From the NCBI GenBank assembly GCA_041479965.1, contig JBGOZE010000001.1:1-58900 (forward strand): a stretch of 58,900 nt of DNA, in the 5' to 3' direction. This stretch comes from Candidatus Nanoarchaeia archaeon. GTDB taxonomy: Archaea; Nanobdellota; Nanobdellia; Woesearchaeales; SM23-78. Positions within the stretch are counted from its first letter, which is position 1, and every line of letters starts with the position of its first letter. Under the pieces are notes generated by a model. That model ran no database searches. It was not told where the DNA came from and saw only the letters and a list, made by a program, of their open reading frames with translations. Both the position numbers and the translations under genes were made by a program. This document shows positions 27,697 to 35,459 of this stretch, in pieces.

Positions 27697-28554
27697 TTAT
27701 ATCTTGTTTTGGCTCCCAGATTCTTTCTTTAACTCAGGAGCAATCTTCTTGCTTGTGAAAAACCCTTTCTTGAGTTCTTCGATGGCTTTGATCGTGAAAA
27801 TGGTTGCTCTTCCAGGATGACCTCCGGGGGCGAGTGCTTCTGCATTCAGCTTCCTGGCGATGATGACATCAATGCCCGGAACATTTCCTGCTGCCTTTCT
27901 TATCTCTGAAAGGTCCTGCACGACGAGCAAAAGGCTCTTCTTGAAAACATTCCTTCTTCCTCTCTGCTTGCCTTTGCCTGCCCTTATCCTAGGCTTAGAT
28001 GCTCTTTTGAGTTCGTCTGCAAAGCCAAGCTTAGTCAACACTTCGATTAATTGCTGGGTCTTGTTAATCTTCTCCAACTCTTCATTCACTATGAAAGGAT
28101 AATTCTGAGGGACAAGATGGCCTCTTGCAACAACTTTATCTCTGACGATTGTGGCACTGATAGCAGAGCGTATGGCTTTTCTCTTCTCCTTGTCATTGAT
28201 TTTCCATGCCCACACCTTCTCAATCTTAGGCGGATGAGCTTTTCTTCCGCCTCGCATGCCTGGAGCATTGGCTCCTACCCAGAAGAACTGGCTCCCCCTA
28301 TGGGACATCGTCTTCCTCGGCACTCTGCTGATTCCCTTGCCGTAGCATCCCTTGAAATCCCTTCTTCGCTTGGAAATCCTCACCGCATGCTTCTGGCCCG
28401 CTTCATGGTCAGGACCATAGGCTTGTCTCTTGTTGTTCTGGATTGCCAGGACTGCTTTCTTGATAAGGTCTTCTCTAACAGGCTCATTGAACTGGCTAGG
28501 CAAGTCTGCCTCTCCTGCCTGTGCTCCTGTTGTATTGAAAATCTTGAGTTTCAT
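27697..28554 (-). CDS. rpl4: 50S ribosomal protein L4 (uL4/L1e)
   Basis: RVPRKTMSHRGSQFFWVGANAPGMRGGRKAHPPK...RAGKGKQRGRR. See the finding on the in-frame open extension after its TAA stop. Confidence 0.94.
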   Translation of the reverse strand: MKLKIFNTTGAQAGEADLPSQFNEPVREDLIKKAVLAIQNNKRQAYGPDHEAGQKHAVRISKRRRDFKGCYGKGISRVPRKTMSHRGSQFFWVGANAPGMRGGRKAHPPKIEKVWAWKINDKEKRKAIRSAISATIVRDKVVARGHLVPQNYPFIVNEELEKINKTQQLIEVLTKLGFADELKRASKPRIRAGKGKQRGRRNVFKKSLLLVVQDLSEIRKAAGNVPGIDVIIARKLNAEALAPGGHPGRATIFTIKAIEELKKGFFTSKKIAPELKKESGSQNKI

Positions 28555-28584
28555 TTTGAAATCATTGTTCCTATATATTCATCT

Positions 28585-29580
28585 CTATCTTCCTTGTTTT
28601 GATTGCAAGCTGATGTGAGTTATTGTCGGCAAAGGCATTTCTCTCTTGACGCGTCTCAAGGGCTGGGTCAATATGACCATCCTCTTCTTTGAGCCCTGGA
28701 CAGAGCCTTTGATAAGGAGATAGGTTGTCTTGACGTTGCCATAGTGCACAAACCCATCCTTAGGGTTTATCTCCTCTGGTTTGGTTCCTATCTTCATGAT
28801 CTGCAAATTCAATTGAGTGCGCTGGTGAAAGCCTGTCTGACCTGAATAGGCAGTCCTGTACATGGTGTGCTGCTGAGCGCACCAAGCTCCTCTGCTTCCT
28901 GGCTGTCGCCTACCTTTCTCTGTCTTGTGTTGCTTCAGGGAAATTCCAAATCTCCTGACGGGGCCTTGAATTCCTCTGCCTCTGGTCACTCCACGAACAT
29001 CCACGGTTTGAGCTTCTTTGAACACCTCGTCCACCATGATGTCTTTATCAACACGGGATTTTATGAAGTCAAGCTTTTCCTTGTTAGTCCCGCTGAGCTT
29101 GAGCTCAAAAGTCTCGGGCTTCTTCTTGCTCACTCCAGCAAGCCTTGGCTGAGTGTAAACAAGAGCAGAGATGTAAGCGTAATCATCAGGATTGAGGCTG
29201 TCCAGCTCTTTGATGTCAGGGACATCTTTAGGCATGGAAATGATGCGCATCATGTCCTTGGATGGCTTGAAGATGAATTCTTTTACCACAAAGAAACCAT
29301 AGGCATTTTGTTTGTAGAAACGAGCAGAAAAAATCTTGAGCGGAGGGCACTCAATCACTGTGACCGGGATGCTGATCTCGTCATCCCTGGTCGGCGAAGT
29401 CTTTTTGGTGTCAATACCCATGAGATGGGTCATGCCGACCTTATAGCCTGAGAAACCGAGCAGCATTGCCTTGTCAAAATGCTGATTGGACCAACCCCTG
29501 ACTCGAGGATACATCCTGTTAGCCCTCTTTCTAGGCCAGAACTGCATGCTTCCTTTTCTTGGTCGTCTGATGTTAGACAT
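28585..29580 (-). CDS. rpl3: 50S ribosomal protein L3 (uL3)
   Basis: RRPRKGSMQFWPRKRA...GYKVGMTH...VTRGRGIQGPVRRFG. Confidence 0.96.
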   Translation of the reverse strand: MSNIRRPRKGSMQFWPRKRANRMYPRVRGWSNQHFDKAMLLGFSGYKVGMTHLMGIDTKKTSPTRDDEISIPVTVIECPPLKIFSARFYKQNAYGFFVVKEFIFKPSKDMMRIISMPKDVPDIKELDSLNPDDYAYISALVYTQPRLAGVSKKKPETFELKLSGTNKEKLDFIKSRVDKDIMVDEVFKEAQTVDVRGVTRGRGIQGPVRRFGISLKQHKTEKGRRQPGSRGAWCAQQHTMYRTAYSGQTGFHQRTQLNLQIMKIGTKPEEINPKDGFVHYGNVKTTYLLIKGSVQGSKKRMVILTQPLRRVKREMPLPTITHISLQSKQGR

Positions 29581-29807
29581 TTTCTCCTCGCTATAATTTT
29601 CTCGCTTTTTCCTGGTGTACGCCTGCTTCGGCTGAATTTTTCGATAGCCAAACGTAGCGCATGACGTGTATGATAAAAGCCTTTTGCGAAAAATACCCTT
29701 ATAGAAAACACCACTTACTTTCGTGTACTGAAAAGGGCTTTCTTCTCAGGCTTTTTGCTCGTTTGAGTCCATTTACCACTCAAACTCACCACAAAAACTT
29801 TAGTTCA

Positions 29808-29815
29808 TTTATAAA
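29808..29815 (-). promoter_or_regulatory. Candidate TATA box of the ribosomal protein operon
   Basis: TTTATAAA 53 nt past the primase stop and about 230 nt upstream of the rpl3 ATG. It is the only strong TATA-like element in the 287-nt gap. Confidence 0.35.
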
Positions 29816-29867
29816 GCTTACGTTTGAAGTAGCGTGCATGAAAAAAGACAGAAAAAACGCCTTAAGA

Positions 29868-31250
29868 TTATTCAGACTGCTCCTTGGCTTTTTTCTCTTT
29901 TTTCTTCTTTTGCGTCTTAGGTATCGGCCCGCTTTTTTCTTTTCTCTTGGCATACTGCAAAGGATTTTTTATCCTGCTGCACAGCTCATCAGGCTTGCAC
30001 ACAGAGTAGCTCTTGTAATAGCTAAGGTTGCTGCAATTAGGCGGAGGAAGTACTTTCTTGCTCTGACGCGCATACCTGATCTGCCCTAATATATATTGTG
30101 GCCTTAAGGGCTCAGGGTTCTTCTCATTCCATTCCAAAAGCCTCTTCTCCAAGAGGTCATAGTCCCATCCACAGCTTGCTAGGAAATTGACCAGGACAAA
30201 ACAGCTTCTCTTCCTTCCATCCTCCACTCCTGTAAGGATGGTCTTGATGCAGGGCGGAAAATTCTCCTCTCCAATGGCTTTTTCAGGCAGAGCATAATCC
30301 TGCTTGCCTCTTTTTCCTTCTCTAGCATCATCCTCATCCATCTCTTGCCAGCTGGCTTTTTGAGGGGCAAAATCAAATGCATTCCTAAGTAAGGTCTCAG
30401 CATCAGGATAATAGATGTTCCTAGCGAGGAAAGGATGGATCATTTTCACATTCTCAGGCTCTGCGTCTTTCTTCTCAAAACTGAGGATGTTGTTGATGTC
30501 AACCGGCACAGAAATCAGTTGGGATTTCTCATGAAAAGAATAAGGCATGCGATAGAGGTGCCTAGGAGCGATGAGCACAGTGTCAATCTCAAGGAAAGGA
30601 TCAACATTCAATTTGGGGATTTTGTCTCCGAATTCATTGGTCTCATAGCGCTTGATATCATCTTCCTTGAAGCCTGTCTTCTTCATGATGCTAGGAAAAT
30701 CATTCTTCTCAAGCCTCATGATATCATCAGCCAGAGGCTTACGGATGAGCTCGGCGATATACGCAGCGATCCTTCTCGGAGCCTCAGGGAATAGGTCGAC
30801 GATGCTGATTCCCCCCACACTCTTGGGAAAAGCCTCAAAGGGCACAGCAATATGAAATCCCTTGTTGCCTGAGAATTTTGCAGTAATCGACTTGACTCCG
30901 TTCTTTTTCAGGGCCTGAATAGTGTAGTGCGCAACAATCCTGCTGTATTCGAAGAACTTGCAGTCGATGTCCAGCAATAGGTCCCAACCCTTTCTGAGAG
31001 CATCCAGCTCTTCCTTGCGCAGCGTAGGACTTAGCTGCAATGGGTTCTTCCATAGCTCCTCAGAGCAATGGAAGCTGGTGACACGCTGTTTGGCCAGTTC
31101 GAGCACATCATTAGGATAGGCAAGCACTTCTGGCCTTTTACCAAAGATCTCGTCAAACCTAAAGGCAACTTCTTTGTCTTTAGCCTGCCTCACCAACTCT
31201 TCCTGGATGTCTTTCCTCTTGTAGAAAGATAAAGTCTTCGCTAGGAACAT
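29868..31250 (-). CDS. Fused DNA primase: PriS catalytic domain plus a PriL-like Fe-S C-terminal domain
   Basis: PriS motifs DLLLDIDCK (DxD), FSGNKGFHIAV (SGxGxH) and LYRMPYSFHEKS are followed by a PriL-CTD-like FPPCIKTIL...CFVLVNFLASCGW...PPPNCSNL...CKPDELC. ATG at 31250. The track ORF starts 20 codons upstream at a TTG. Confidence 0.8.
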   Translation of the reverse strand: MFLAKTLSFYKRKDIQEELVRQAKDKEVAFRFDEIFGKRPEVLAYPNDVLELAKQRVTSFHCSEELWKNPLQLSPTLRKEELDALRKGWDLLLDIDCKFFEYSRIVAHYTIQALKKNGVKSITAKFSGNKGFHIAVPFEAFPKSVGGISIVDLFPEAPRRIAAYIAELIRKPLADDIMRLEKNDFPSIMKKTGFKEDDIKRYETNEFGDKIPKLNVDPFLEIDTVLIAPRHLYRMPYSFHEKSQLISVPVDINNILSFEKKDAEPENVKMIHPFLARNIYYPDAETLLRNAFDFAPQKASWQEMDEDDAREGKRGKQDYALPEKAIGEENFPPCIKTILTGVEDGRKRSCFVLVNFLASCGWDYDLLEKRLLEWNEKNPEPLRPQYILGQIRYARQSKKVLPPPNCSNLSYYKSYSVCKPDELCSRIKNPLQYAKRKEKSGPIPKTQKKKKEKKAKEQSE

Positions 31251-31367
31251 GCTAATCGGGAGTTTTCCTGTGTTTTTAAAGAATGCTGTTTTTAATTGAC
31301 TAAAACACAATCAACTAAAACATTTATAAAATGCTACTTTCTTCCAAGCTAATACAAAACAAATTTC

Positions 31368-31499
31368 GCGGGCGTGCCGGAGTGGTCAAACAAAAATCAA
31401 AGATTTTTGATAGTCAAAATCAGAGATTTTGGACCAAACGGGTACGGTTCAGAGCCGTATGACTCAGTGTCTACGCAGGTTCAAACCCTGCCGCCCGCA
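31368..31499 (+). tRNA. tRNA-Leu(CAG), class II, interrupted by an insertion (intron) of about 48 nt in the D-loop
   Basis: Hand fold. Acceptor GCGGGCG/CGCCCGC plus A73. T arm GCAGG-TTCAAAC-CCTGC. Anticodon arm TACGG-TTCAGAG-CCGTA with CAG at 31450..31452. 15-nt variable arm. D arm CCGG-AGTGGTCAAA//CGG is split by about 31391..31438. Confidence 0.8.
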
Positions 31500-31503
31500 T
31501 TCT

Positions 31504-31875
31504 ATGGCTAAAGACTCAGAAGAGATAAGGCAATTATTATCAGAGATATGTTCCTTAGTGGAGAAGGAAAAAAACTCTCTAATTGTTGTCGAAGGCAAAA
31601 GGGATAGGGCTGCTTTGCAGCAGTTGGGCTTCTCTAATATTATTATCCTGAATAAGCCATTGTATGAAGTTATTGAAGATATCGAGTCAAAAGGAGAGAA
31701 AAGAATGCTTCTTCTGACAGACCTTGATAAAGAAGGTAAACGAATCTATGCGAAGCTCAAGAATGACCTTGACAAGAGAGGCGTTGTTGTTGATGATGCC
31801 TTGCGCAACTTACTGTTCAAGACAGAGTTAAGGCAGGTTGAGGGCTTGACCAGTTATCTGAAGAAGTTTGAATAA
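31504..31875 (+). CDS. Small Toprim-domain protein (COG1658-like)
   Basis: LIVVEGKRDRAALQQLGF (conserved Glu) and LLLTDLDKEGKRI (DxD) form a Toprim signature. ATG at 31504. The upstream part of the track ORF overlaps the tRNA. Confidence 0.75.
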   Translation: MAKDSEEIRQLLSEICSLVEKEKNSLIVVEGKRDRAALQQLGFSNIIILNKPLYEVIEDIESKGEKRMLLLTDLDKEGKRIYAKLKNDLDKRGVVVDDALRNLLFKTELRQVEGLTSYLKKFE

Positions 31876-31913
31876 TAAAATGAATAATAAACTCAAAAAC
31901 TCAATGCTTGGCT

Positions 31914-34163
31914 CTAATTCTCATCATATTTCTTGTCTACTATCTCTTTTATCCTTTTGGCTTTCTTTTCTCCTATTAGCTCAACTTCTTTCATCTCTTT
32001 CTCGTCAGCATTGATGAAGTTCTTGATAGTCTGGAATCTTTTGAGTATGGGCTTGGAAAGGATGGCACCAACCCCTGGAAACGCGCTGACAATGTACTCT
32101 TGGACTTCTCTGTCTGACAAAGGCTTGGCTGTGTGAAGCGTGAAGTCTTTCTTCAAAGGGTCTGCCTCTCTCTTCGCTATCAACAAGAACAAGCCTACGG
32201 TCTCCTTGAAGTTTTTGGTCTGAATAAGAGGGATTCCGTAGCTGATGAGTATGGTGGATAGGGCTCCGCGTATCGCGTTGGGATGAAGTTTTCTTTGAGA
32301 GTAGATGTCTTCTTCTCCTTCAATGACAAATAGCGGACGCTCATATTTTCTTAAATTGCTCAGCTGGGAGAGAAGCCTTCCATCTATTATTGAGTCGACA
32401 AAGTCCTTGGCTGTCTTGCGCTCCACAGCTACCCTGTCGCTTAGCAAGTAATCCGCCACATCCAACCTCGATAGTTCAACTTTCACTCCTTTTTCAGAGA
32501 GCTCCTTGATTATGCCTGCTCCTTTCTCCCTGTAATCTGCGTATATTGTGAGATTGGAAACATTGACTGGACTGTCATCATCAGTCAGCTTGGTCTGTTC
32601 TTCCTTGCTTTCTTCTTTTTGCTCTTGCCTCTCAGCAGTCAAGTCACGGGTGCTGTTGAAGCCTTTTTTCATTCCGTGAATTATGCTGTACATCTTTTTC
32701 TCTTTGTGGGCAGCAACCCATAGGTTAGCCTCATCTCTTGTCTTTTTGGTGACGAGTACTATGACTCGTCCTTTTTCCTGCCTGCCTGTCCTTCCTCTTC
32801 GCTGTACAGTTCTGATGGCAGAGGGTACTGGCTCATAGAATATGACTAGGTCAACAGCGGGTATATCAAGTCCTTCTTCTGCGACACTAGTGGCTATAAG
32901 GCAGTTGAACACTCCTTCCCTGAATTCCTGAAGGATCTCTTTCTGCTTCTTCTGGCTCATGCCTGTGTCTTTCTTCTTCATCTGCCCGACAAATATCTTA
33001 GCCTTGACACCTATTAAATCCATGACTGATTTTATCTTATTGGTAGAATCACGATATTGATTAAAGATTATTATCTTGATGTCGGGCTTTTGGATAAGTT
33101 CCTCAGCCACAATCTTCTTTAGGGCGTGAATTTTTGGGTGTTCTTTGCCTGCGGCAAGCATTTCTTTTGTTTGAATAGAGGCTGACCTGAAATTAAGGTC
33201 TTTGACCAAATTCTGTACTGCCTTCACTTTGGTCTTGATGGCATCATCCTCGAGCTTTAGGAAATATTCCCACAACGGCTCAAGGCCTTGAGTCTCTATG
33301 AGCTCTAAGGCGTGCTGCAGTTTCAATGCCTCTGCCAGCAGGCTAATGCTCCTGAGAATGCCAAAATCCCTTTCTCCGCTGCTCATCCTCGCGTACATGG
33401 CTTTCTGCAGTTCGAGAATAGCTGTCTTGCTGTAGCTAGAGACGCTGCCGTACATGTAACCAAGTTTTTTTATAGTTTCAAGCTTTTCCTCGAATGCATT
33501 CCTGAGGAACTTCCTTACCTGGTCGAATTCAGCAGGAAAATCCAGCTTGACCCACTCCACATCAATCTCCTTGATATAAGGTTGGACATCAGGATCATCG
33601 TGGGAGCGTATCTCAATCTCATCAATGAAAAGATTCTTGCAAACCTCATTTATCTTTTCCTGGTCAGCACCCGGAGAAGCAGTCAACCCCAATATCTTGG
33701 GGTGCTCTGCTTTTTTATGGTAATGCTTGGCTATGAAAGCATAGGAATATTCGCCAACAGCCCTGTGGGCTTCATCAAAAACAAGCAAGCTAACATCCTT
33801 CAGGCTGATTTTTTCGCTGATGATATCATTCTCCAAACCTTGAGGTGTGCTCACGATTATCTTGCTCTTCTGCCAAAGCTCTGCTCTCTTCGCAGGAGAG
33901 ATCATGCCAGTGAAGAGCTGGACTTCATCCTCCTTTATTTCAAGGTGCTTTCTCATGGAGTTTACATGCTGGTCGCAAAGAGGTCTTGTAGGCGCCATGA
34001 TGAGGACCTTACTGTTAGGATAATTAGTCAAGCGATTGGCTGCGAGAAGCACAGCTATGTTGGTCTTGCCCAGGCCCGTAGGTAATACAACTAAAACATT
34101 CTTCTTCACAGCGGTGCCAAGAATGGTCTGCTGGTACAGCCTCGGCTCAAAACCTCTTATCAT
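31914..34163 (-). CDS. hef: Hef (FANCM/XPF-like) helicase-nuclease
   Basis: N-terminal SF2 helicase (LPTGLGKT, FDEAHRAVG, QRRGRTGR). C-terminal ERCC4 nuclease (ADY...VERKTAKDF) and an HhH2 tail (FPGVGAILSKPIL...IGEKKAKRI). Confidence 0.88.
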   Translation of the reverse strand: MIRGFEPRLYQQTILGTAVKKNVLVVLPTGLGKTNIAVLLAANRLTNYPNSKVLIMAPTRPLCDQHVNSMRKHLEIKEDEVQLFTGMISPAKRAELWQKSKIIVSTPQGLENDIISEKISLKDVSLLVFDEAHRAVGEYSYAFIAKHYHKKAEHPKILGLTASPGADQEKINEVCKNLFIDEIEIRSHDDPDVQPYIKEIDVEWVKLDFPAEFDQVRKFLRNAFEEKLETIKKLGYMYGSVSSYSKTAILELQKAMYARMSSGERDFGILRSISLLAEALKLQHALELIETQGLEPLWEYFLKLEDDAIKTKVKAVQNLVKDLNFRSASIQTKEMLAAGKEHPKIHALKKIVAEELIQKPDIKIIIFNQYRDSTNKIKSVMDLIGVKAKIFVGQMKKKDTGMSQKKQKEILQEFREGVFNCLIATSVAEEGLDIPAVDLVIFYEPVPSAIRTVQRRGRTGRQEKGRVIVLVTKKTRDEANLWVAAHKEKKMYSIIHGMKKGFNSTRDLTAERQEQKEESKEEQTKLTDDDSPVNVSNLTIYADYREKGAGIIKELSEKGVKVELSRLDVADYLLSDRVAVERKTAKDFVDSIIDGRLLSQLSNLRKYERPLFVIEGEEDIYSQRKLHPNAIRGALSTILISYGIPLIQTKNFKETVGLFLLIAKREADPLKKDFTLHTAKPLSDREVQEYIVSAFPGVGAILSKPILKRFQTIKNFINADEKEMKEVELIGEKKAKRIKEIVDKKYDEN

Positions 34164-34295
34164 GCTAAAAGGGCAGAAAGAGCAGGCTGTTTATATTGAT
34201 TATGGATAAGAAAAATAGAATTTCGAAAAAACTCCGATTGGAAAAAATGAAAAAAGAAACAGAAAAATAAAAAAAAGAAAAAATATGAAAAGGCT

Positions 34296-34523
34296 TTATC
34301 TTCCTCTTGCCATCTTGGCTCTAGCGACGTTTCCTTTCTTGTCGATAAAGTAGAGCCAGCCTTTCTCTTTCTTGACGCCGATTTTGGCCACTACTTCTGG
34401 GCCCCCTTTGGGCTTTTTCCTGCCCCTTGCCATCTTGGCTCTAGCGACGTTTCCTTTCTTGTCAATGAAGTAAAGGTATCCCTTCTCCTTCTTGACATTA
34501 GCTTTTGCTACGATTTGTGCCAT
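34296..34523 (-). CDS. Small basic protein made of two tandem units of about 40 aa (hypothetical nucleic-acid binder)
   Basis: AKANVKKEKGYLYFIDKKGNVARAKMARGR and AKIGVKKEKGWLYFIDKKGNVARAKMARGR. A strong GGGGGTGA SD lies upstream. A 38-nt exact DNA repeat occurs at 34306..34343 and 34426..34463. Confidence 0.7.
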   Translation of the reverse strand: MAQIVAKANVKKEKGYLYFIDKKGNVARAKMARGRKKPKGGPEVVAKIGVKKEKGWLYFIDKKGNVARAKMARGR

Positions 34524-34687
34524 TAAAGGTCACCCCCTATTTTTTTTCCGACTATAGTTGGGATTTTATAAGATTAAATTATGTTCTTATTATTAAATGT
34601 TTTGGTTTTAGCGACGAAAGATTTAAAAACAGAAGAGTTCAGGCTCGAGAAAAAGGCTCTTTTTCTCTTTAGGCACCCAACAACATC

Positions 34688-35446
34688 TTATTTCATCTCA
34701 AACCTAGAATAGTAGACGACAGCAGTCGCTATGCCCAAGATGAGAGCGATGATATAAGAGAAAATGTTGAACAGCAGTATCATTACAGAGAAGAAGATCA
34801 CTGTGGCGAACACCAGCACGTAGACCCATCTTGATGCAATCAGGATGTAGAGCCCTGTTGTTCCTCCTGCGAATTGCCTCAACTTCTCAAAAGTAGGGAT
34901 AGGAAGTAGCGAGTAGACTGCTATCAATAGGTTGACTATTATCACTTCCCTGATGAACGAGCTCTCAGAAGCGATGAAGATGGGCGCGAGGAGCCCGACC
35001 ACAATCAGGTTTGATAATGGCCCTGCAAAAGCTATCATACCTAAGTCCTTGTGCTTCACTCCTCCTCTGAAGATGCCCACTCTAAGTTTGGGCACAATCT
35101 GATAGAGCAGACTGCCTGTAAAAAATATGGGTAGGTAGCCATAGGTGAAAAAACAAAGAATCAGACTTATGAGCACGCCGTTCAGCCAAAATTTGTATTC
35201 TGAAGTATAGCCTAGCTTCAAGGCTGTGAGTTTTTGGGCTGAGAAATGAATGAGAAGGAATATGAATATCACGACGGCAGAAATGAAGAAATTAGTCAAC
35301 CCTTCTCCCATGTTGAACTGATCGCCTTCACCCCACTTCCTAAAAACAAGGATGAAAGCAGCTACCAGCGTCGTGATGAGAAGATAGAACAACTCTTTTC
35401 CTGAATATCGAAAGCGAGTCTCGACTCTATTCATGAATTCTTGCAT
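34688..35446 (-). CDS. M50 (site-2 protease)-like polytopic membrane protein with degenerate metal ligands
   Basis: LLIHFSAQKLTALKLG occupies the place of HExxH...LG. GPLSNL and NLLIAVYSLLPIPTFE occupy the place of NxxPxxPLDG. Confidence 0.55.
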   Translation of the reverse strand: MQEFMNRVETRFRYSGKELFYLLITTLVAAFILVFRKWGEGDQFNMGEGLTNFFISAVVIFIFLLIHFSAQKLTALKLGYTSEYKFWLNGVLISLILCFFTYGYLPIFFTGSLLYQIVPKLRVGIFRGGVKHKDLGMIAFAGPLSNLIVVGLLAPIFIASESSFIREVIIVNLLIAVYSLLPIPTFEKLRQFAGGTTGLYILIASRWVYVLVFATVIFFSVMILLFNIFSYIIALILGIATAVVYYSRFEMK

Positions 35447-35459
35447 TATAAAGTCTTCT

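Noticed and set aside
29670-29735. Possible C/D-box sRNA (ATGATA ... CTGA) in the rpl3 upstream gap
   Set aside because: The putative C box lacks the second GA (AUGAUA instead of UGAUGA). No C'/D' pair or terminal stem could be found.
31429-31503. Upstream extension of the Toprim ORF (MDQTGTVQSRMTQ...)
   Set aside because: It is read through the 3' half of the tRNA-Leu gene. The Toprim domain starts at the ATG at 31504.
33312-34085. 257-aa ORF antisense to hef
   Set aside because: It lies completely within the Hef helicase domain on the opposite strand and has no recognisable motifs.
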